From Bacillus subtilis subsp. subtilis str. 168 (GTDB lineage: Bacteria; Bacillota; Bacilli; Bacillales; Bacillaceae): 32,000 nt of DNA. The notes beneath the pieces were generated by a model. The model was not told the DNA's origin and did no database searches. It was given only the letters and a program-made list of their open reading frames with translations. The position numbers were made by a program, and so were the translations under genes. Location: contig NC_000964.3 in assembly GCF_000009045.1 (NCBI RefSeq), positions 780,001-812,000 on the forward strand. Direction: 5' to 3'. The number at the start of each line of letters is the position of its first letter. Positions within the stretch are counted from its first letter, which is position 1. Shown piece after piece: positions 23,318 through 32,000 of the stretch.

Positions 23318-24546
23318 CAGCTATGCCATTCTCTCAGCTTCTGGTCACTTGGCAATAGGAAGGCAAGGATGCCGAGGACAGGGAGAAAGGCAATGGCGAT
23401 CATCGTCGGGGTCAGTCCCGCGGCATCAATCAGAGCGCCCAGCGCCACAGCGCCGATTGCGCCCATCCCGAAGGCAAGCCCGACGGTTAAACCGGACATT
23501 GTGCCGATTTTTCCAGGAACTAGCTCCTGTGCGTAGACGACCGTTACAGAAAAGCTCGACATCAGAACCAAGCCAATCAATGCGAGCACGCCGTAGGCGA
23601 GAACCGGGCCGGCAAATGGCAGCACAATCGCCAGCGGCGCCGAGCATAACAGCGAACCGAGGATAACGAAGCGTTTTCCAAAACGGTCTGCAAGCGGGCC
23701 GCCGAGAAACGTGCCGATCGCGCCGAACAGCAAGAAGACAAAAATATAGCTTTGTGCCTGCTGAATGCTTACGTGATAGGTATCCATCGCGTAAAACGTG
23801 TAAAAGTTACCGATCGCACTCGTATACCAAGAACGAGCAAAAATGAGAAATATAATAATAATAAGAGCAGATACAACAGATTTGGTGATGGCCGTGTTTT
23901 CAGCCGTTTTCTTTTGCTTGCCTGATTTCTGGGCAAGGCTGCCGAGACGTGAGGCGTACCATTTCGCAATATACATGAGAAACATAACAGCAAGCGCGGC
24001 GACAAGCGTGAACCAAACAGCGCCGAATTGCCCGAGCGGCACAAGGATCAGCGCGGTGATCAGCGGTGCCATCGCCTGGCCTGAGTTTCCGCCCACCTGA
24101 TAAATCGATTGGGCGAGCCCGCGTTTTGTGCCGGCGGCCATATACGCCACACGGGAGCCCTCCGGATGGAAAATGGCCGAGCCTAATCCAATGAAAAACA
24201 CACAGCATAAGATCGTTATGAATGACGGGGCAAATGCAAGGCCCAAAATGCCAAGCATGCTGGCGGTCAAACCGACTGGCAGCGCATACGGCCGCGGCCG
24301 TTTATCGGTATACCAGCCGACAACAGGCTGCATGACGGATGACACCATGTTTAATGTGAAAGCAATGATGCCGAGCTGTGTAAACGTCAGGCTCATGGAG
24401 CGTTCCAAAATAGGGAACATGGCCGGAATCACAGCCTGAAGCGAATCGTTGAGCATATGGCAAATTCCGATAATAATCAAAATCGGATACACCGTGGTGC
24501 CTGGTTTTTGAACTGTTTTTTCTTTTAACGGGGCGGCGATAGCCAT
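23317..24546 (-). CDS. yfnC: Major facilitator superfamily transporter (12 TM; annotated as similar to fosfomycin-resistance/efflux proteins), 409 aa
   Basis: ATG 24546 after AAGGAGGAGA. Uniformly hydrophobic MFS-like sequence. Shares terminator 23285-23317 with yfnD. Confidence 0.9.
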   Translation of the reverse strand: MAIAAPLKEKTVQKPGTTVYPILIIIGICHMLNDSLQAVIPAMFPILERSMSLTFTQLGIIAFTLNMVSSVMQPVVGWYTDKRPRPYALPVGLTASMLGILGLAFAPSFITILCCVFFIGLGSAIFHPEGSRVAYMAAGTKRGLAQSIYQVGGNSGQAMAPLITALILVPLGQFGAVWFTLVAALAVMFLMYIAKWYASRLGSLAQKSGKQKKTAENTAITKSVVSALIIIIFLIFARSWYTSAIGNFYTFYAMDTYHVSIQQAQSYIFVFLLFGAIGTFLGGPLADRFGKRFVILGSLLCSAPLAIVLPFAGPVLAYGVLALIGLVLMSSFSVTVVYAQELVPGKIGTMSGLTVGLAFGMGAIGAVALGALIDAAGLTPTMIAIAFLPVLGILAFLLPSDQKLREWHS

Positions 24547-24586
24547 TGAGTCTCCTCCTTACATATATAACCAAAGCATACCACCA

Positions 24587-24615
24587 TATTATTCATAAGG
24601 TGAAGAATTTATCAA
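24587..24615 (-). promoter_or_regulatory. Candidate sigma-A promoter of yfnC: TTGATA-N17-ATAATA
   Basis: Minus strand -35 at 24610-24615, -10 at 24587-24592. Confidence 0.35.
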
Positions 24616-24640
24616 GAGGAAAAAAGATTCTTATGAAAGA

Positions 24641-24674
24641 AATACCGTCAGCCTGATTAGCAGCTGACGGTATT
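24641..24674 (-). terminator. Terminator of yfnB; the hairpin encloses the stop codon
   Basis: AATACCGTCAGC-(10-nt loop)-GCTGACGGTATT followed by TCTTTC on the minus strand. Confidence 0.6.
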
Positions 24675-25364
24675 TTCGATATTCAAAATGTGATATAGCT
24701 CTTCAAGCTTACGAATCTCATAGGTTGGTATGATCTCTGGCACATTCGGCTTCATGTCAGGGTTCATCCAGCAAGTATCAAGCCCGGCGAGCTGTCCGCC
24801 TTTGATATCAGCAGTTAGTGAATCCCCGATGATTAATGTGTGCTCTGCTGAAAATTGAGGAATCCGTTCAAACACGTAATTGAAATATTCCTTCATCGGC
24901 TTTTGGAAGCCGGTGTCTTCAGAAACGAAAATGTCCTTGAAGAATGGAAATAATCCTGAATCACGGAGACGCTTATATTGTGTGTGAGACACGCCGTTTG
25001 TCACGATGTACAAATCAAACTGTTGCTGCAGATTTGAGATGAGATCAAATGCACCGTCAATAAGCTGATGTCCTTCTTCAAGAAAGCGGCGGTATTTTTG
25101 CTCAAGCAAAGCGCCGTCCGCTTCGTAACCGTACTCCTTGAGCAAAGCGGAAAAACGTGTGTTTACGACTTCATCCCGTGTCATCTTACCTTCTTCAAAG
25201 GCTCTCCAGAGACCTTGATTGATGGTTTTATACTGCGCCTTCATGTCATTTGTTAAAGGAATGTTCTGATCTTCAAACAGCAAACGCAGGGCTAAAGCTT
25301 CTGCCGCTTGAAAATCAAGGATGGTATCATCTACATCAAATAATAAAGTGCGGTATCGCTTCAT
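24657..25364 (-). CDS. yfnB: HAD-superfamily hydrolase, 235 aa
   Basis: ATG 25364 (MKRYRTLLFDVDDT...) after AAAGGGAGA. HAD motif I DVDDT and motif IV GDSLTADIKGG. Confidence 0.9.
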   Translation of the reverse strand: MKRYRTLLFDVDDTILDFQAAEALALRLLFEDQNIPLTNDMKAQYKTINQGLWRAFEEGKMTRDEVVNTRFSALLKEYGYEADGALLEQKYRRFLEEGHQLIDGAFDLISNLQQQFDLYIVTNGVSHTQYKRLRDSGLFPFFKDIFVSEDTGFQKPMKEYFNYVFERIPQFSAEHTLIIGDSLTADIKGGQLAGLDTCWMNPDMKPNVPEIIPTYEIRKLEELYHILNIENTVSC

Positions 25365-25395
25365 CTGTGTGTCTCCCTTTCTCATATGTATTCAA

Positions 25396-25404
25396 AGTAT
25401 AGCA
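25396..25404 (-). promoter_or_regulatory. Extended -10 element (TGcTATACT) upstream of yfnB
   Basis: Minus strand TGCTATACT, about 30 nt upstream of ATG 25364. No good -35 hexamer. Confidence 0.35.
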
Positions 25405-25410
25405 CATAAA

Positions 25411-25446
25411 AAAAGGAAAAAGCCGGCGGGTGAGGCACCGCCGGCT
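25411..25446 (-). terminator. Intrinsic terminator of yfnA
   Basis: AGCCGGCGG-(8-nt loop)-CCGCCGGCT followed by TTTTCCTTTT on the minus strand. Confidence 0.85.
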
Positions 25447-25455
25447 GAAAAGAGA

Positions 25456-26841
25456 TTATTTGTTTAATAAGCTGTGTTTTCTCGAATATAGGAAGTAAAC
25501 CAGCGTTCCGACAGCGATCCAGATGACAAATGAAAGCCATGTGACGCCGGGAAGGCTGTACATGAACCAAAGGCAGATGCCTGCGCTGATAATCGGCACA
25601 ACCGGAACGAATGGCACTCTGAAGGACGCTTTGATTTCAGGATGTTTCTTTCTTAACACAATGACAGCAATGGAAATGACCGTAAACGCGGCAAGTGTTC
25701 CCATGTTCACCAGATGGGCCAGCGTTCCGAGGTTAATAAAGCCGGCGATTCCCGCTGCAACGATCCCTGTCAGCCATGTGTTGCGGAACGGGGTTTTAAA
25801 TGACGGATGAACCTTTGCGAACAATCCAGGCAGAAGGCCGTCTCTGCTCATGGCAAATGTCAAGCGGACCTGTGCGTACAGCAAAGCGAGCATCACCGTC
25901 GTAATCCCGATAATCGCACCGACAGAAATAATTCCGGCAACAGCGTCCTGTCCGACGAATTTCAGCGCAAAGGATACAGGATCTCCGACATTCAATTTGG
26001 CATAAGGCATCATGCCTGTCAGCACAAGCGATACCGCGATGTACAGAACCGTACAGACGGCTAGAGCTGAAATAATGCCGACGGGCATGTTTTTTTGCGG
26101 ATTTTTCACTTCCTCTGATGCGTTAGAAACCGCGTCAAACCCAAGGTACGCGAAGAATACAGTGGCAGCGCTAAGTATGACGCCTTTCATCCCGAATGGC
26201 ATAAAAGGAGACCAGTTATCCGGTTTCACATAGCCGATGCCGACAATAATGAACAATAATATGATCGCGATTTTCATCAGTACGATGACGTTGTTAAAGC
26301 GTGTGCTTTCCTTGACGCCTCTGCTGACAATCGCAGTGATGAGGAGAATGATCACCGCAGCCGGAAGGTTAAATACGGCGCCCGCCATGCTTCCCGGCGC
26401 TCCTGTCAGTGCAGCCGGAATATGAAGATTGAAGCCGGCAAGCAGTGATTGAAAGTATGAAGACCAGCCGGTGGCAACCGCCGACAGTGCAATGACATAT
26501 TCAAGCATGAGATCCCATCCGATCAAAAAGGCGAGCAGCTCTCCAAGTGTCACGTATGAGTATGAGTACACGCTTCCCGAAATCGGAATGGAAGACGAAA
26601 ACTCAGCATAACAGAAAGCAGCCAGCGCACAGGCGAGCCCCGCTAAAATAAACGATATGATGAGGGCGGGACCTGCACCGGTCGCTGCCACTGTTCCTGT
26701 AATGACAAAAATCCCTGTACCGATGACACAACCGATACCGAGCAAGGTTAAATCAAATGCGCTTAACGTACGGGCAAGGCTTTTTGACTTGCTCTGCGCA
26801 CTCAATGTTTCAAGCGGTTTTTTTCTAAATAATGAACTCAT
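25456..26841 (-). CDS. yfnA: APC-superfamily (cationic amino acid transporter-like) permease, 461 aa
   Basis: ATG 26841 lies 8 nt after AGGAGG; the TTG at 26844 in the ORF track is too close to the SD. 12-14 TM APC-like sequence. Confidence 0.92.
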   Translation of the reverse strand: MSSLFRKKPLETLSAQSKSKSLARTLSAFDLTLLGIGCVIGTGIFVITGTVAATGAGPALIISFILAGLACALAAFCYAEFSSSIPISGSVYSYSYVTLGELLAFLIGWDLMLEYVIALSAVATGWSSYFQSLLAGFNLHIPAALTGAPGSMAGAVFNLPAAVIILLITAIVSRGVKESTRFNNVIVLMKIAIILLFIIVGIGYVKPDNWSPFMPFGMKGVILSAATVFFAYLGFDAVSNASEEVKNPQKNMPVGIISALAVCTVLYIAVSLVLTGMMPYAKLNVGDPVSFALKFVGQDAVAGIISVGAIIGITTVMLALLYAQVRLTFAMSRDGLLPGLFAKVHPSFKTPFRNTWLTGIVAAGIAGFINLGTLAHLVNMGTLAAFTVISIAVIVLRKKHPEIKASFRVPFVPVVPIISAGICLWFMYSLPGVTWLSFVIWIAVGTLVYFLYSRKHSLLNK

Positions 26842-26900
26842 CAAAAGTTCCTCCTAGAAATATTCAAAATATTCTAATCATTATATGCAGTTCTTGTTGT

Positions 26901-26929
26901 ATTATATTGTCGAAATTTGACGTAGTCAA
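26901..26929 (-). promoter_or_regulatory. Near-consensus sigma-A promoter of yfnA: TTGACT-N17-TATAAT
   Basis: Minus strand -35 at 26924-26929, -10 at 26901-26906. Confidence 0.7.
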
Positions 26930-27090
26930 TAAAATATTTTTCTGCTTTAAATGATAGAAGCGAAACAGCGTTGTCGTATCATAGGATAGTAATTTTTACT
27001 AATCGTATATTCAATTTTATGCAAGATGAACCGATAGAAAAAATAGATTCGCCCATATTTTGATTTGCGGTTATAAAGGAGATGCTGACC

Positions 27091-28548
27091 ATGTTTCAAT
27101 ATGAAGAGTTGAATAAACAGTTTATCGGCGGGAAATGGCAGGAGGGCAGCAGCCCAAATGTATTGGAAAACAAAAATCCTTATACTCAAAAAACATTCAC
27201 AACATTCCGTAAAGCGACTGCTGACGATGTAGATGAAGCGTATCGGGCAGCGGCGCTGGCAAAGAAAAAATGGGATGCGGTCAACCCGTTCGAGAAAAGA
27301 ACCATTTTAGAAAAAGCCGTCACGTATATTGAAGAAAATGAAGAAGCCATTATTTATTTGATTATGGAGGAGCTAGGCGGTACAAGGCTCAAAGCAGCTT
27401 TTGAAATCGGTCTTGTCAAAAACATCATAAAAGAAGCGGCAACGTTCCCAATCCGCATGGAGGGGAAAATTCTTCCGTCAACAATAGATGGCAAGGAAAA
27501 CAGATTATATCGCGTGCCGGCAGGCGTTGTCGGTGTCATCAGTCCGTTTAACTTCCCATTCTTTTTATCTATGAAATCAGTGGCGCCTGCACTCGGAGCC
27601 GGCAATGGCGTTGTGCTAAAGCCGCATGAGGAAACGCCGATTTGCGGCGGAACGCTGATTGCGAAAATTTTTGAGAACGCGGGAATTCCAGCGGGGCTGC
27701 TGAATGTTGTTGTCACAGACATTGCTGAAATCGGCGACAGCTTCGTTGAGCATCCAGTGCCGCGGATCATCTCATTTACCGGTTCTACGAAAGTCGGCAG
27801 CTACATCGGACAGCTTGCGATGAAGCATTTTAAAAAGCCGCTTCTTGAGCTTGGCGGGAACAGCGCCTTCATCGTACTTGAGGATGCAGATATAGAATAT
27901 GCGGTCAATGCGGCGGTGTTCAGCCGATTTACACATCAAGGGCAGATTTGCATGTCAGCCAACCGCGTGCTTGTTCATTCTTCTATTTATGACAAGTTCC
28001 TTGAGCTGTACCAGGCAAAAGTGGAATCGCTGAAAGTCGGCGACCCAATGGACCCTGATACGATTATCGGGCCATTAATCAACAGCAGACAGACGGACGG
28101 GCTGATGAAGACTGTAGAGCAAGCAATTGAAGAAGGCGCTGTACCAGTGAAGCTTGGCGGATTTAACGGGACGATCGTGGAACCGACGATCTTAAAAGAC
28201 GTCAAACCGTTCATGAGCATTGCCAAGGAAGAGCTGTTCGGACCAGTCGTCTCCTTTATGAAGTTTGATTCAGAAGACGAAGCGGTGGATATCGCAAACG
28301 AAACCCCGTTTGGCTTGAGCGGTGCCGTACATACGTCAAATCTTGAGCGCGGCGTGGCTTTTGCGAAACGCATTGAAACAGGCATGATTCACGTCAATGA
28401 CACGACCATCAATGATGAACCGAATGTAGCCTTCGGCGGTGAAAAGCAATCAGGCCTCGGCCGTTTAAACGGTGAGTGGAGCCTCGAAGAATTTACAACG
28501 CTGAAATGGATCTCGGTCCAGCACGAAAAACGCAGCTTCCCTTATTAA
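27091..28548 (+). CDS. yfmT: NAD(P)-dependent aldehyde dehydrogenase (reported as a vanillin/aromatic aldehyde dehydrogenase in B. subtilis), 485 aa
   Basis: ATG 27091 (MFQYEEL...) lies 9 nt after AAAGGAG; ATG 27082 abuts the SD. ALDH motifs ELGGNS and catalytic Cys in GQICMSANR. Confidence 0.93.
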   Translation: MFQYEELNKQFIGGKWQEGSSPNVLENKNPYTQKTFTTFRKATADDVDEAYRAAALAKKKWDAVNPFEKRTILEKAVTYIEENEEAIIYLIMEELGGTRLKAAFEIGLVKNIIKEAATFPIRMEGKILPSTIDGKENRLYRVPAGVVGVISPFNFPFFLSMKSVAPALGAGNGVVLKPHEETPICGGTLIAKIFENAGIPAGLLNVVVTDIAEIGDSFVEHPVPRIISFTGSTKVGSYIGQLAMKHFKKPLLELGGNSAFIVLEDADIEYAVNAAVFSRFTHQGQICMSANRVLVHSSIYDKFLELYQAKVESLKVGDPMDPDTIIGPLINSRQTDGLMKTVEQAIEEGAVPVKLGGFNGTIVEPTILKDVKPFMSIAKEELFGPVVSFMKFDSEDEAVDIANETPFGLSGAVHTSNLERGVAFAKRIETGMIHVNDTTINDEPNVAFGGEKQSGLGRLNGEWSLEEFTTLKWISVQHEKRSFPY

Positions 28549-28561
28549 TGAAAAGGAGTGA

Positions 28562-29422
28562 ATGGAATTGACCATAAATACGGAAAAAGAAACCGCAGAT
28601 ATTCTGGACGCATTTATCAAAGTAGCCCCTTATTTAAACAGCCTGGTTCAGGATGATATTACAATCGGCATTTATGATACGGAAAAACTGCTCGTGAATA
28701 TACCGGCCAAAACCTTTTCGCTGAACGTAAAAGCCGGCGATCCGCTGCAGGAAGGGGATATCATCACAGATGCCATCCGCAGCAATCAGAAGAAGACGAG
28801 CATGGTTCCGAAAGAATTGTTCGGCTTCCCATTGATCGCGCGTGCCATCCCGCTGCACGACGAGAATGGAAGAGTCATTGGAGGCGTCGGCCTCGGAACG
28901 AGCCTTGAGGAGTCGTCAAAGCTGCATGATGTCGCGGAAAGCTTATCAGCTGTTGTTGAACAAACAGCCGCGGCTATTTCCGACATTTCTGAATCAATTA
29001 ACGGGTTTTCAACTCAAATGTCGGGCATTTCCTCTCAGGCGAAAAAAGTAAGCGAAAGCGCCGGTGAAATCGCCGATATTTCAGTAACTGTTAAAGGCAT
29101 CTCGGACCAAAGCAATCTGCTCGGCTTGAACGCCGCGATCGAAGCGGCAAGAGCAGGGGAGTCCGGAAAAGGATTCTCTGTCGTCGCAGATGAGATCAGA
29201 AAGCTAGCGACGCATTCAAAAGAAAATGTCGGCCAAATTGACCAGATTACGAAAAAAATCCACAGCCTGCTGAAAGGGCTGGAGGAATCCATTGAGTCGA
29301 TTAACCAGCATACAGACGGACAAGCCGCTGCTGTTGAACAAATTTCCGCCACGATGCAGGAGATTTCAGGAAGCGCGCAGCATCTTGCGAAAATGGCCGA
29401 AAAAGCGCTTGAGGAAGAGTAA
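28562..29422 (+). CDS. yfmS: Soluble methyl-accepting-chemotaxis-like protein: ~115-aa N-terminal sensor-like domain plus a short MCP signalling hairpin, no TM segment, 286 aa
   Basis: ATG 28562 after AAAGGAG, 13 nt after the yfmT stop. Invariant MCP tip [31 protein letters not shown]. Confidence 0.92.
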   Translation: MELTINTEKETADILDAFIKVAPYLNSLVQDDITIGIYDTEKLLVNIPAKTFSLNVKAGDPLQEGDIITDAIRSNQKKTSMVPKELFGFPLIARAIPLHDENGRVIGGVGLGTSLEESSKLHDVAESLSAVVEQTAAAISDISESINGFSTQMSGISSQAKKVSESAGEIADISVTVKGISDQSNLLGLNAAIEAARAGESGKGFSVVADEIRKLATHSKENVGQIDQITKKIHSLLKGLEESIESINQHTDGQAAAVEQISATMQEISGSAQHLAKMAEKALEEE

Positions 29423-29423
29423 G

Positions 29424-29453
29424 AGACCGGGGACAAACATCCCCGGTCTTTTT
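29424..29453 (+). terminator. Intrinsic terminator of yfmT-yfmS
   Basis: AGACCGGGG-(8-nt loop)-CCCCGGTCT followed by TTTTC. Confidence 0.88.
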
Positions 29454-29556
29454 CTTATCCTGCATTTCCATGAAATTCGTCTGACGTTTTACTAGTTTTA
29501 TTCCAGCGGCTGATTTAAAATGTACACATGAACTTACGTGAGGATTGATAGGAACC

Positions 29557-31446
29557 ATGAGCATATTAAAAGCGGAAAATCTTTATAAAACATACGGAGA
29601 TAAAACATTATTTGACCATATCTCCTTTCATATTGAAGAGAATGAGAGAATCGGATTAATCGGGCCGAACGGAACAGGAAAATCAACGCTGTTGAAAGTG
29701 ATTGCCGGCTTGGAATCTATCGAAGAAGGAGAAATCACGAAATCCGGAAGCGTGCAGGTCGAATTTCTTCATCAAGACCCGGAGCTGCCTGCGGGGCAAA
29801 CAGTGCTGGAGCATATCTATTCCGGTGAATCGGCTGTGATGAAAACCTTGCGTGAATATGAAAAAGCGCTGTATGAACTGGGGAAAGATCCCGAAAATGA
29901 ACAGCGCCAGAAACACCTGCTGGCAGCACAAGCGAAAATGGACGCGAACAATGCATGGGATGCAAACACCTTGGCAAAAACCGTATTGTCTAAGCTGGGC
30001 GTCAACGACGTAACAAAACCGGTCAATGAGCTCTCAGGCGGCCAGAAAAAACGGGTGGCCATTGCCAAAAACTTAATTCAGCCCGCTGATTTGCTCATTT
30101 TGGACGAGCCGACAAACCATTTGGATAATGAAACGATTGAGTGGCTTGAAGGGTATTTAAGCCAATATCCCGGCGCCGTCATGCTGGTGACGCACGATAG
30201 ATATTTCTTAAACCGTGTCACCAACCGCATTTATGAGCTTGAAAGAGGCAGCCTCTACACTTACAAAGGCAACTATGAAGTGTTTTTAGAAAAACGCGCG
30301 GAACGGGAAGCGCAGGCTGAGCAAAAGGAAACGAAGCGGCAAAACCTGCTGCGCCGCGAACTGGCTTGGCTCAGACGAGGAGCGAAAGCCCGCTCCACAA
30401 AACAAAAAGCGAGAATTGACCGGGTAGAGACGCTTAAAGAGCAGACAGGCCCTCAGTCATCAGGTTCACTCGATTTTGCCATTGGCTCGCACCGTCTCGG
30501 AAAACAGGTTATTGAAGCGGAGAACGTCATGATCGCTTATGACGGCCGCATGCTCGTCGACCGTTTTAATGAACTTGTCATACCAGGTGAACGGATCGGG
30601 ATCATCGGGCCGAACGGCATCGGGAAAACAACGCTGTTAAATGCCCTTGCCGGCCGTCATACGCCGGACGGAGGCGATATTACGATCGGACAGACGGTCA
30701 GAATCGGCTACTATACTCAGGATCATAGTGAAATGAACGGTGAGTTAAAAGTCATTGACTATATAAAAGAAACGGCGGAGGTCGTAAAAACGGCAGATGG
30801 CGATATGATTACAGCTGAACAAATGCTCGAGCGTTTCCTCTTCCCGCGTTCGATGCAGCAGACGTATATCCGCAAGCTGTCCGGCGGGGAAAAACGCCGT
30901 TTATACTTGCTTCAGGTTCTCATGCAGGAGCCGAATGTCCTGTTTCTCGATGAGCCGACGAACGATTTGGATACTGAAACATTAAGCGTTCTTGAGGATT
31001 ATATTGACCAGTTCCCAGGCGTCGTCATCACCGTATCCCATGACCGCTATTTCCTTGACCGCGTCGTCGACCGTTTGATTGTATTTGAAGGAAATGGTGT
31101 CATTTCCCGCTTTCAAGGCTCCTATAGCGACTATATGGAGGAGTCAAAAGCGAAAAAAGCGGCCCCAAAACCGGCAGCTGAGGAAAAAACGGCTGAAGCC
31201 GAGCCGAAGAAAAAACGGAAAAAGCTTTCTTACAAAGACCAGTTGGAATGGGACGGCATCGAAGATAAAATTGCCCAGCTGGAAGAAAAGCATGAACAGC
31301 TTGAAGCTGACATCGCCGCAGCAGGCAGTGATTTTGGCAAAATCCAAGAGCTGATGGCCGAGCAGGCGAAAACGGCGGAAGAGCTTGAGGCTGCGATGGA
31401 CCGCTGGACAGAATTGTCCCTCATGATCGAAGAACTGGAAAGCTAA
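29557..31446 (+). CDS. yfmR: ABC-F family ATPase (two ABC cassettes, no TM domain; ribosome-associated translation factor class), 629 aa
   Basis: ATG 29557 (MSILKAENLYKTYG). Walker A GPNGTGKST and GPNGIGKTT. Signature motifs LSGGQKKR and LSGGEKRR. Arg/Lys-rich interdomain linker and charged coiled-coil tail. Confidence 0.93.
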   Translation: MSILKAENLYKTYGDKTLFDHISFHIEENERIGLIGPNGTGKSTLLKVIAGLESIEEGEITKSGSVQVEFLHQDPELPAGQTVLEHIYSGESAVMKTLREYEKALYELGKDPENEQRQKHLLAAQAKMDANNAWDANTLAKTVLSKLGVNDVTKPVNELSGGQKKRVAIAKNLIQPADLLILDEPTNHLDNETIEWLEGYLSQYPGAVMLVTHDRYFLNRVTNRIYELERGSLYTYKGNYEVFLEKRAEREAQAEQKETKRQNLLRRELAWLRRGAKARSTKQKARIDRVETLKEQTGPQSSGSLDFAIGSHRLGKQVIEAENVMIAYDGRMLVDRFNELVIPGERIGIIGPNGIGKTTLLNALAGRHTPDGGDITIGQTVRIGYYTQDHSEMNGELKVIDYIKETAEVVKTADGDMITAEQMLERFLFPRSMQQTYIRKLSGGEKRRLYLLQVLMQEPNVLFLDEPTNDLDTETLSVLEDYIDQFPGVVITVSHDRYFLDRVVDRLIVFEGNGVISRFQGSYSDYMEESKAKKAAPKPAAEEKTAEAEPKKKRKKLSYKDQLEWDGIEDKIAQLEEKHEQLEADIAAAGSDFGKIQELMAEQAKTAEELEAAMDRWTELSLMIEELES

Positions 31447-31478
31447 AAAGCGTGGCCGCAGCAGGCCGCGCTTTTTTT
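31446..31478 (+). terminator. Intrinsic terminator of yfmR
   Basis: AAAAAGCGTGGCC-gcagca-GGCCGCGCTTTTTTT. Confidence 0.88.
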
Positions 31479-31568
31479 CACATAATGGACAAAAACGAAC
31501 CGGCCTGCTTATGTTAGGATAAAGTTGTGTGTCAGCGGCACATGGAAAACTAACGGAGATGATGAAGT

Positions 31569-32000
31569 ATGACATGGGCGATCGTGATGTTAATTCTCAT
31601 GAGTCTGGTGAAAATCGTATTAACCTGTCTTCCTACAGGCGTCATAGAATGGCTGCTCGGCAAATTTGAAGTGCACGCCAAGCTGAGTGACGAAAATGCG
31701 AGTCTCTCTCTAGATGGAAAACGCCTCGAGGGTGCAGAGAAGCAGAAAGTGATTGATCAATTTAACGAAGCTATCTTCCTGGAAAAATATTATATCTATC
31801 CAGGTGATGAAGAGCGTTATTTACATCCGGAAAACGGCGGCACGCCTCTGGTGATAGATACAAAAAAAGGAAAAAAAGACGTGAAGCTGTTCGTGTACCG
31901 CTACGACGACCATATCGACGTCGTGAAACAGTACAAGAAGAAAGTGATCGCGTATCGAGTGCTTTCTGAAAGCCTTCAAAAAGAGTCTCTGTCAGTGGCG
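31569..32000 (+). CDS. yfmQ: Small protein of unknown function with an N-terminal TM anchor; first 144 codons, 3' end beyond the window
   Basis: ATG 31569 lies 10 nt after GGAG. Frame is open to the window end (MTWAIVMLILMSLVKIVLTCLP...). Not in the ORF track because no stop falls within the window. Confidence 0.8.
   Translation, partial: MTWAIVMLILMSLVKIVLTCLPTGVIEWLLGKFEVHAKLSDENASLSLDGKRLEGAEKQKVIDQFNEAIFLEKYYIYPGDEERYLHPENGGTPLVIDTKKGKKDVKLFVYRYDDHIDVVKQYKKKVIAYRVLSESLQKESLSVA

Noticed and set aside
26947-27189. 80-aa minus-strand ORF across the yfnA-yfmT intergenic region
   Set aside because: It is antisense to the yfmT SD and start, has an AT-rich low-complexity translation, and has no translation signals.
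1-32000. Searched by eye for CRISPR repeats, IS/transposase or integrase genes, phage modules, toxin-antitoxin pairs, rRNA/tRNA genes and known defence-system genes
   Set aside because: None found. Every long ORF has an ordinary housekeeping or accessory-metabolism identity. The only tRNA-like sequence is the 29-nt hairpin at 5508-5536, which cannot be extended into a tRNA.

Overview
By eye, from protein sequences and gene order (no search was run), this window is a contiguous, gene-dense stretch of a Bacillus subtilis 168-type chromosome. Gene order: 3' part of lplA, lplB, lplC, lplD (pectin-derived sugar uptake plus a GH4 enzyme), yetF, hmoA/yetG, yetH, an unnamed Gly-rich ORF, the split RsbR paralogue yetI/yezB, yezD, yetJ, yetK, divergent yetL-yetM, yetN, cypD (CYP102A2), ltaSA/yfnI, the yfnHGFED sugar-nucleotide/glycosyltransferase operon, yfnC, yfnB, yfnA, yfmT-yfmS, yfmR and the 5' part of yfmQ. 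I can also read about 14 intrinsic terminators and several promoters and operators. I found no rRNA or tRNA genes, CRISPR arrays, transposases, integrases, phage genes or recognisable defence genes. It looks like core chromosome rather than an accessory island, and I see no clear-cut new multi-gene system. Five things deserve a second look: (1) a fully signalled 164-aa Gly/Pro/aromatic-rich gene with 48-nt tandem repeats between yetH and yetI, which I cannot place in a family or name; (2) the RsbR-like stressosome paralogue split by a 1-nt frame change, with intact promoter and RBS and an A4 run plus rare CGG codon inside the 22-nt frame-overlap window; (3) the yfnHGFED cluster, whose CDP-hexose pathway stops at the 4-keto-6-deoxy intermediate, followed by three glycosyltransferases, with four consecutive non-ATG starts; (4) the aldehyde dehydrogenase / soluble MCP operon yfmT-yfmS; (5) YetN, an acidic protein that resembles NdpA/YejK nucleoid-associated proteins by eye. 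Gene symbols are recalled from memory. Start codons were refined from the ORF track using Shine-Dalgarno (SD) spacing.
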